Shown piece by piece: positions 57,909 through 64,000 of a DNA stretch of 64,000 nucleotides. The notes below the pieces were generated by a model. That model saw nothing but the letters and a program-made list of their open reading frames with translations. It searched no databases and was not told the DNA's origin. Numbering within the stretch: the first letter of the stretch is position 1; each line of letters begins with the position of its first letter. The stretch lies in the NCBI GenBank assembly GCA_040757775.1, contig JBFLWQ010000001.1:58917-122916 (forward strand). Reading direction: 5' to 3'. Origin of the DNA: Thermodesulfobacteriota bacterium. GTDB lineage: Bacteria > Desulfobacterota > UBA8473. Position numbers and translations under genes: made by a program.

Positions 57909-57966
57909 GCTAAAATAATTTGACATTGGATAGAATGAAAATAAGTTAAGGAAAACGAGGTGATAG

Positions 57967-59043
57967 ATGAAAATTAAAATTGGAAGAAAGGAATTAAAAG
58001 GCAAATTGCCTATGCTTAAAAAGGTAGCTGGTAGTAAAGCATCGCTGTCTATCCTTACGCATAGTCTTCTTGAGGTTAAAGATGATGGCATATTCATTAT
58101 TGCGACAAACCTTGAAACAGGTATGTGCATAAAGTTAAGAAATGTTGAGGTGCATGAAAAAGGACAGGTAGTTTTAGATCATGCTATGTTATTGAAAATC
58201 GCTACAAACGTTAATAGTGAATATCTTGAAGTCGAAACAGGTGATGACTGTGCTCATGTTCATGCCGGGACATATAAGGCTAAGATGCCTATAAACTTTA
58301 CACCTGAGGACTTTCCGAAAATGCCTGATATGCCAGAAGATTGCATGAAACCTATACTGAAAAGTGAGTTTCTAGAGGCAGTCGGGAAGGTCATGCATGC
58401 ACTTCCTTCAGATGCATACTACGCTAATGTTAGGTTTAATGGTGTTTATGTTGGTAAGGATGTGGTTGCTATGGATGGTCATAGAATGGCAGTGGTTAGA
58501 AAGGATTTTGGTTTGGGAAATATTCTTGTTCCCAAAGACTTTATGGATAATCTCCAGTGGTTAGAAGACGAGGAAGGCGATGAGATAAAAGTTACAGTTA
58601 ATAAAGGTACGATAGTTTTTGAGTGTGGTGACATTATATTGTTTGGAAGATTGATAGAGGGGGAATACCCTGATTATGAAAGCATTGTCTCAGATGAAAC
58701 TACGAAAACCGTAGTTTTTGAGAGAAGAGAACTGGCAAGAACTATAAAAATGTTAAAGGCTGTAGGATCGTTCAGCAGGATCGTGATTGAGTTTGGAGAT
58801 GGTGATATGGGTAGCGTTAATATAAGGTCATTTGATAATTCTGGCGTAGGAACAAATGAAATCCCTGTCACATATATTGGCAATGAATCGTTGGCGATAG
58901 CGTTCAACGGCAAGTATCTTCTGGATATGCTTAATGTTGGAAATGGAAAGGAAGAGTTTGTTGTAAAGATGAGCGATAATAGGTCTGTTGTCATCGTTGA
59001 GGAAGAAGATGCAGTATTTTGCATAATGCCTATGTCTCTGTAA
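57967..59043 (+). CDS. dnaN: DNA polymerase III beta subunit (sliding clamp)
   Basis: 358 aa; N-terminus MKIKIGRKELKGKLPMLKKVAGSKASLSILTHSLLEV... parallels DnaN; three-domain length. Confidence 0.6.
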   Translation: MKIKIGRKELKGKLPMLKKVAGSKASLSILTHSLLEVKDDGIFIIATNLETGMCIKLRNVEVHEKGQVVLDHAMLLKIATNVNSEYLEVETGDDCAHVHAGTYKAKMPINFTPEDFPKMPDMPEDCMKPILKSEFLEAVGKVMHALPSDAYYANVRFNGVYVGKDVVAMDGHRMAVVRKDFGLGNILVPKDFMDNLQWLEDEEGDEIKVTVNKGTIVFECGDIILFGRLIEGEYPDYESIVSDETTKTVVFERRELARTIKMLKAVGSFSRIVIEFGDGDMGSVNIRSFDNSGVGTNEIPVTYIGNESLAIAFNGKYLLDMLNVGNGKEEFVVKMSDNRSVVIVEEEDAVFCIMPMSL

Positions 59044-59061
59044 GAATAATTGGAGAATAAA

Positions 59062-59496
59062 ATGGAGATTCAAATAAAAGAGGGAATGAAAATAACCAAA
59101 CCTCAAAAAGTAGCAAAAGTACTTCAATTGATTTTAAACGGAGAGAACGATTTAGATCAAGACAAGGAACACTTTTGGGTAGTAGGGCTCACTGCAGCTA
59201 GCTGCATTAAATATGTCGAATTGGTAACTCTTGGCATATTAAACCAAAGCGTAGTACATCCTCGGGAAATTTTTAGAATGGCGATCCTCAAAAGTGTTGT
59301 TGCACTAATTGTTGGACATAACCATCCATCAGGAAAAGTAGCTCCATCTGATACTGATAAACGTATAACAGAGGTGATAGCGTCTGCTGGTGATATAATT
59401 GGTATTAAGCTGGTAGATCACATAATAATTGGCAATAACACAAAAAGATATTACTCGTTTAAGGAGGATGGTTTTGAAGATAATAGGCAGACATAA
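59062..59496 (+). CDS. RadC-like JAB/MPN domain protein
   Basis: GHNHPSGKVAPSDTDKRIT is the JAB HxHPxG...PSxxD signature. ATG 59062 with RBS tggag (the track's TTG at 59050 rejected). Confidence 0.7.
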   Translation: MEIQIKEGMKITKPQKVAKVLQLILNGENDLDQDKEHFWVVGLTAASCIKYVELVTLGILNQSVVHPREIFRMAILKSVVALIVGHNHPSGKVAPSDTDKRITEVIASAGDIIGIKLVDHIIIGNNTKRYYSFKEDGFEDNRQT

Positions 59497-59731
59497 ATGT
59501 GTAGCAGGAGCCACTATCACAGAAAGCTATGATGAAAAAAGAGAAGGATACAAGGACATATTATATAGACGTTTCACTGCCACTATACGAGGCTGGCAAA
59601 ACTGGAAACTTTTCGAGGGGTATATAGAAGAAGATACCTTTGAAAAAGTAGTAAATAAGGCAATAGAAATTCGAGTTCGTATAGATAGCGGAGATGAAAC
59701 CGTTTTTGAACACAAGGGATTTTGGCTATAA
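59468..59731 (+). CDS. hypothetical protein
   Basis: ATG after aaggagg; start ambiguous (the track's 59429 start overlaps the RadC-like gene). Confidence 0.25.
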   Translation: MVLKIIGRHKCVAGATITESYDEKREGYKDILYRRFTATIRGWQNWKLFEGYIEEDTFEKVVNKAIEIRVRIDSGDETVFEHKGFWL

Positions 59732-59760
59732 GCAGGAAAGTGAAGGAGGTTAGGATAGCT

Positions 59761-60006
59761 ATGGATATTTATGACTTGGATCACAACAAGATGGTTGTTC
59801 ACGCTCCAACAACGGACGTTCTTGACATGCTTCACGCACGTGCCTACAAGAGGACTGTCTTCTGCCTGGATATGGATGACGTTGAATGGCTAAAGGAAGA
59901 ACATGAAAGTGCCGATGGAATGACAAAGGGGCAAATTGATCTGATCCTGAAGGCTCTTGAGGGGATAAATGATGGTTTTGCGTTTCTTAACCTGATGGTT
60001 GAATGA
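59761..60006 (+). CDS. hypothetical protein
   Basis: ATG 59761 with RBS gaaggaggt. Confidence 0.3.
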   Translation: MDIYDLDHNKMVVHAPTTDVLDMLHARAYKRTVFCLDMDDVEWLKEEHESADGMTKGQIDLILKALEGINDGFAFLNLMVE

Positions 60007-60061
60007 TTATGATGGACAGAACCAAGAACAATATGGTTTGCTATGAGAAAGGAAATAACCC

Positions 60062-61636
60062 ATGATAAATGATACTTTTTATCCTACTCCAAGACCATTA
60101 ATAGAAAAGATGGTAGGCAAAATAACACGAAAAAGCGGATTAATGATCCTCGAACCTAGTGCCGGAAAAGGGGATATTGTTGAATATTTACAAAACAACT
60201 GGGATTATAGGGGTATTCAAATTGACGCTATAGAGATAGATGAGACCCTACGAGCTACATTGTGGGGGAAATATATTAATGTAGTTGATAGTGATTTTCT
60301 TAACTTTGTTGGGCTAGATAAATACGATGTAATAATAGCAAATCCTCCCTTTGATGAAGGGGATAAACATTTACTCAAAGCTATTGAGATAATGTATTGT
60401 GGGGAGATAATTTTTCTCTTGAATGCAGAAACCATTAAAAACCCATATACAAATACTAGAAAAGAACTTGTAAAGCAGTTAAATAAATTAGGGGCAGAGA
60501 TTGAATATATCCAAAATGGTTTTATGGACGCAGAGAAAAAAACCGGTGTTGAGGTAGCTTTGGTTTATATCAAGATAGTAAAGAGTGTTGAAGAAGATTT
60601 ATTTGAGGGAGCAAATGATAAAGCCAAGGATACGCAAGAAACGATAGAGACCCCTTATGAAATAGCAACGCTGAACAATATACAAAACATGGTGGATGAT
60701 TTCAACAGAGTTGTTTCCGTGGGAAGTGAAACCCTGATTAACTACTACAAAAACTACAAACACATATCGAAGTTCATAAAGTTAGCCAGCAAAGATGGAA
60801 AATGCCAGGAATACTATAATGATGAAACCTTAACTCAGATCATGCAAGACAAGCTAAATGTTTTTTTAAGAGAGGTAAGAAAGTCGTATTGGGAAGAGGT
60901 GTTAAATCTCGACGTAATTAAAAATAGACTGACCAGAGCAAAAAGAGATATTTTTTATCATCAGTTAAAGGCTCGGTCTTATATGGATTTTACAGAAAAC
61001 AATATTAGGACTTTTGTCCTCAATATAATTAATGGATTTGGGAAGACCCTCACAGAGGCAGTTGTCGAGCTATTTGACATGATGACAATAAAGCATTCAT
61101 GGGATAAGAATAAACTTTACGAAGAAAACATCCATTATTTTAATGGATGGCAAACCAATAAAGCCTTTTATGTAAATCAGAAAGTCATTTTGCCCTATTT
61201 CTATTTTTGGGACAATATATTCAATAAGTGGAGAATGGGCTATGATACAGAGCGAAAGTTAAGTGATATTGATGTGGTTATGAATTATTTTGATGGTATG
61301 AATAATCGTTATTTGTCAATAGCTCAAGCATTAAGAGGGGCTTTTGATAGGGGACAAACCAAGAAAGTGCTATCTACCTATTTTGAGATTACGGTCTATA
61401 AAAAGGGGACAATACATCTGGTTTTTAGGAATGAAGGAATGAGGCGTAGATTTAATATTACTGCTTGTAAAGGCAAACATTGGCTCCCTGCAGATTATGG
61501 GGTTAAGCCTTTTGAACAACTGCCGGCTCCTGAGCAAGAAATAGTAATGTCGTTTGAAGGGAAAGAAACTTATGATAAAAATGTTGGTGATTGTTTTTAT
61601 ATTCCTACGATAGAATCTAATCTGTTAACAATATAA
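60062..61636 (+). CDS. N6-adenine DNA methyltransferase
   Basis: Motif I LEPSAGKGDIV, motif IV IIANPPF; 524 aa (extra C-terminal region likely target recognition). Confidence 0.7.
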   Translation: MINDTFYPTPRPLIEKMVGKITRKSGLMILEPSAGKGDIVEYLQNNWDYRGIQIDAIEIDETLRATLWGKYINVVDSDFLNFVGLDKYDVIIANPPFDEGDKHLLKAIEIMYCGEIIFLLNAETIKNPYTNTRKELVKQLNKLGAEIEYIQNGFMDAEKKTGVEVALVYIKIVKSVEEDLFEGANDKAKDTQETIETPYEIATLNNIQNMVDDFNRVVSVGSETLINYYKNYKHISKFIKLASKDGKCQEYYNDETLTQIMQDKLNVFLREVRKSYWEEVLNLDVIKNRLTRAKRDIFYHQLKARSYMDFTENNIRTFVLNIINGFGKTLTEAVVELFDMMTIKHSWDKNKLYEENIHYFNGWQTNKAFYVNQKVILPYFYFWDNIFNKWRMGYDTERKLSDIDVVMNYFDGMNNRYLSIAQALRGAFDRGQTKKVLSTYFEITVYKKGTIHLVFRNEGMRRRFNITACKGKHWLPADYGVKPFEQLPAPEQEIVMSFEGKETYDKNVGDCFYIPTIESNLLTI

Positions 61637-61663
61637 TTGTAAAGGACATGGGGTGGTGGATTA

Positions 61664-61843
61664 ATGAAGCGCAAGTTAAAGGTGATAGAAAGGTACTACG
61701 ATAACGAATTTCGAGGTGGGGGTCACTCTGAAATCAGGCTAAAGGGTAAATGGCTTTTGAAGTTTGGGTTCAAGCCAGGAGCTAAGGTGGAAGTGGTGCC
61801 TGAGGATGGTAGGTTGGTTATTCAGTTGATAAAAGATGGTTGA
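61664..61843 (+). CDS. SymE-like / AbrB-fold small protein (not in ORF track)
   Basis: 59 aa; IRLKGKWLLKFGFKPGAKVEVVPEDGRLVIQLI resembles the SymE-family core (LxGxWLxxxGFxxGxxVxV...GxLxI); RBS ggggtggtgga. Confidence 0.35.
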   Translation: MKRKLKVIERYYDNEFRGGGHSEIRLKGKWLLKFGFKPGAKVEVVPEDGRLVIQLIKDG

Positions 61844-61912
61844 TGTTTCCGATAGATTCCACTTGACATAAAGTATAAAACATATTACCTTCTGTTGCAG
61901 GAGGTAATTAGA

Positions 61913-62380
61913 ATGCGGAGGATGCGAATGTATGGTAATCCAAAGGTACTAGCGGAGAGGTTAAATGCGGTTTATGGTAATATGGAGTCTCCTGTCTATC
62001 TAAGAATTAAAGTGAAAGGGTTTTCTGATGTTCTTGTTTTGAAGGCTCGCTCTAATAGTTCCTGGATGGTCTCTAACGAAAGTATGGCTCCTGATATGTT
62101 CAAGGATTATGATAATTCTGAATTTTCTGGATATGATGAGAATGAGGTAATATTACAGCTTGAGGATCGAATTAGCCGAATATGGTTGGATGACAAGACA
62201 GTGTTTAGTACCTGGGCTGACTTTATTGACTGGCTTGATGATCTTGATGTCCGTGAACCAGAGTTCAGGACCACGGTTCACCTGCCCATGTCTGTTACTG
62301 TTGCACTGAGAGCATTGAAGGATAAGACCGGTAAGGATATGAGGCATATAATCTGTGATGCTGTAAAAGCGTACTTGTAG
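61913..62380 (+). CDS. hypothetical protein
   Basis: ATG 61913 with RBS gcaggaggt (the track's TTG at 61895 rejected). Confidence 0.35.
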   Translation: MRRMRMYGNPKVLAERLNAVYGNMESPVYLRIKVKGFSDVLVLKARSNSSWMVSNESMAPDMFKDYDNSEFSGYDENEVILQLEDRISRIWLDDKTVFSTWADFIDWLDDLDVREPEFRTTVHLPMSVTVALRALKDKTGKDMRHIICDAVKAYL

Positions 62381-62393
62381 AGGGGAAAGGAAT

Positions 62394-62654
62394 ATGGATT
62401 CTAATAAAATTTATCGTTTAAATTATATTATTGAAAAAAACATTAAGATTCCTGAAATACAGGAGTTTCAATTCCCTTTCACTAAGATGGAAATTGATGA
62501 TTCTTTTTTTATTCCATTACTTGATTGGGTATCTATGGGGGTGGTAAATAGGCGGAGTGGTTTTTGGGAATGCGTACAAAAATATTCGCCTAAAGGCAGA
62601 GAATATGAAGTGAGAACTGTCGATGGTGGATTTAGAGTATGGAGAATAAAATAA
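62394..62654 (+). CDS. hypothetical protein
   Basis: RBS gggaaagga + ATG; 86 aa. Confidence 0.3.
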   Translation: MDSNKIYRLNYIIEKNIKIPEIQEFQFPFTKMEIDDSFFIPLLDWVSMGVVNRRSGFWECVQKYSPKGREYEVRTVDGGFRVWRIK

Positions 62655-62675
62655 GGAAGAAAAGAAACGATTAAA

Positions 62676-63002
62676 ATGGTAAGAGATAGCCTGTGCTACG
62701 AGGTTGTTGAGCAGAAGGATATAAGTTATGCCGGGACACCACGAATAGCGCTCAAGGCTGTTGTTCAGGCAGATGGTATTCCAAGCAAAGAGCAGCTAGA
62801 ACAAACAGCTAGTCAGATATATCGCCAGTGTATCAAGAAGATGAAGGTACGCAAAAAGAAGCGTGATGAAGTAGAGGTGACTGTATTTATATATCTGCCT
62901 GATATGGATACGGCTTGGTCCGCCTACGGAGTGGCAGAATTCAAGGAGACTGATGGTCTTAAGAAATTTTGGATTAATGATAGTGTGCTTATCTCTCTCT
63001 GA
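62676..63002 (+). CDS. hypothetical protein
   Basis: 108 aa. Confidence 0.3.
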   Translation: MVRDSLCYEVVEQKDISYAGTPRIALKAVVQADGIPSKEQLEQTASQIYRQCIKKMKVRKKKRDEVEVTVFIYLPDMDTAWSAYGVAEFKETDGLKKFWINDSVLISL

Positions 63003-63028
63003 TAGGTCCTGACTCTTATATTTCACCG

Positions 63029-63235
63029 TTACCTCTTTTTAATCCTGTCTATCTCACCTTTTAGCATCTTTTCCTTTACAGCCTGTATTTCCTCAAGTAC
63101 TTCTGCTTTGGTGATTATGCCTTTCCTATCTAGAACGTTTATAAGTGCCTCGGTTGTTACCATTTCTGACACCAAAAGGTCTTCAGTACTCACCATTTCT
63201 CGAATGTCTAATTTTTCTGCCATGGGGTACCTCAT
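63029..63235 (-). CDS. hypothetical small protein (minus strand)
   Basis: 68 aa; RBS (revcomp) precedes ATG at 63233-63235; strand switch relative to the upstream phage genes. Confidence 0.35.
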   Translation of the reverse strand: MRYPMAEKLDIREMVSTEDLLVSEMVTTEALINVLDRKGIITKAEVLEEIQAVKEKMLKGEIDRIKKR

Positions 63236-63320
63236 TTATCAGAAAAGTAGGAGTGCCTGATGTCTATCAAACTTTCCGTTAGAGTAACACAAACTCTTGA
63301 TTCTTGTTCCCCCGTTACGT

Positions 63321-63938
63321 TTATTTATCAAGAACATTTGCGATTAATATTATTCCAGGATAGTAGCAACCCTTATATTCTAGTTGACGCACAATCTTGG
63401 GAAAACACCAAGCAATTGCATGATCTTGTCTTGGAAGAATCATATTTATGAAGGCTTGGATATCATTGTCCAGGTTTGTTGCTTCCTCTTTTTTGATACA
63501 GGGTTCAATGAAAGCAACACCGACCCCAATACCACCATTGCAACGGACACGTTTAATGTCATCAATTGCTTTAAGGATTGTCTTTTCTATCTGACTCGAA
63601 GCCTGTAAAGTCTTTAAATTAACTCCATCGTACTTCGTTTCAATAGACCACTCTTCCTCACTGGTGCCTATCCATAAATCGACTCTTCCCTTATAGATTT
63701 CTTCTGATTCAGCAGTCACCTTTTTTTCATCCGAATATGCCTCTACGGCCACAAAGCCTGAACGCCAAGCTGCAGCAGCAAGCATACTAGTATTTGCTCT
63801 TTCATTGTACCAGTAAGGTGCATCACCTTTACAAACTGTTACATATTTCTCAACTACCCAAATCCAGTCTTTCAAAAGAAAACCCCAAGGCTCTAACGAT
63901 GCATTATTAATAAGATAACCATCAATTGATTGAACCAT
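63321..63938 (-). CDS. hypothetical protein (minus strand)
   Basis: 205 aa; RBS aggaggtag (revcomp of 63939-63950) upstream of the start. Confidence 0.4.
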   Translation of the reverse strand: MVQSIDGYLINNASLEPWGFLLKDWIWVVEKYVTVCKGDAPYWYNERANTSMLAAAAWRSGFVAVEAYSDEKKVTAESEEIYKGRVDLWIGTSEEEWSIETKYDGVNLKTLQASSQIEKTILKAIDDIKRVRCNGGIGVGVAFIEPCIKKEEATNLDNDIQAFINMILPRQDHAIAWCFPKIVRQLEYKGCYYPGIILIANVLDK

Positions 63939-64000
63939 GGAAACTACCTCCTATTTTCGTTTCCTATGTTTCCCCCACAACCCCAACCCCTTTTCCCTCG

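Noticed and set aside
57920-57936. TTGACA at 57920 as the -35 of the dnaN promoter
   Set aside because: It is only 5 nt from the TAGAAT -10. The TAGAAT + leader is probably a sigma-factor- or activator-dependent variant of P1/P2, not a consensus promoter.
63029-63938. Calling the two terminal minus-strand genes a repressor/integrase lysogeny module
   Set aside because: Neither shows an HTH or recombinase motif. Only the strand switch hints at a module boundary.
1-64000. CRISPR arrays, Cas genes, reverse transcriptase (diversity-generating retroelement) or a tyrosine/serine integrase
   Set aside because: No regularly spaced repeat/spacer arrays, no RT motifs (YxDD) and no integrase-like ORF were found anywhere in the window. 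The repeats present are short iteron/operator-type.

Overview
The window opens with about 8.6 kb of ordinary chromosomal genes, followed by a tRNA and then at least 55 kb of siphovirus-like prophage that runs to the end of the window. The chromosomal genes are a partial acyl-CoA dehydrogenase, an atypical receiver–phosphofructokinase fusion, a UbiA-family prenyltransferase, a pabA–pabB–pabC para-aminobenzoate operon on the minus strand, and a PAS–GGDEF diguanylate cyclase. A tRNA-Arg(CCT) at 8635..8711 marks the boundary. The phage region is almost entirely on the plus strand: a free HNH endonuclease and a ParB-like nuclease, terminase, a portal gene carrying two HNH inteins, a protease–scaffold fusion and major capsid protein, then head–tail joining proteins, major tail protein, a tail-chaperone pair with a -1 frameshift site, tape-measure protein, and baseplate/fibre genes. 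After the tail genes come an early region driven by two near-identical sigma70-like promoters, a MoxR-type AAA+ ATPase (interrupted by a LAGLIDADG intein) with a von Willebrand factor A partner, a beta sliding clamp, a RadC-like JAB protein and an N6-adenine methyltransferase. The most unusual content is glycan machinery carried by the phage: one cassette (LmbE-like deacetylase, WbqC-like protein, two methyltransferases, a GT-B transferase) just before the packaging genes, and a second (two family-9 heptosyltransferase-like enzymes, a family-4-like transferase, a methyltransferase) sitting between the capsid gene and the head–tail connector genes. That placement suggests the virion itself is glycosylated. 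Other notable items are an S-adenosylmethionine-decarboxylase-like pyruvoyl enzyme, a GHKL-ATPase/HExxH protein, iteron-like repeats and a SymE-like small ORF missed by the track. No integrase, CRISPR array or reverse transcriptase is visible. All calls rest on motif-level reading of the sequence. The ORF track uses TTG/GTG as well as ATG starts, so several starts were re-chosen from ribosome-binding-site (RBS) and ATG context.
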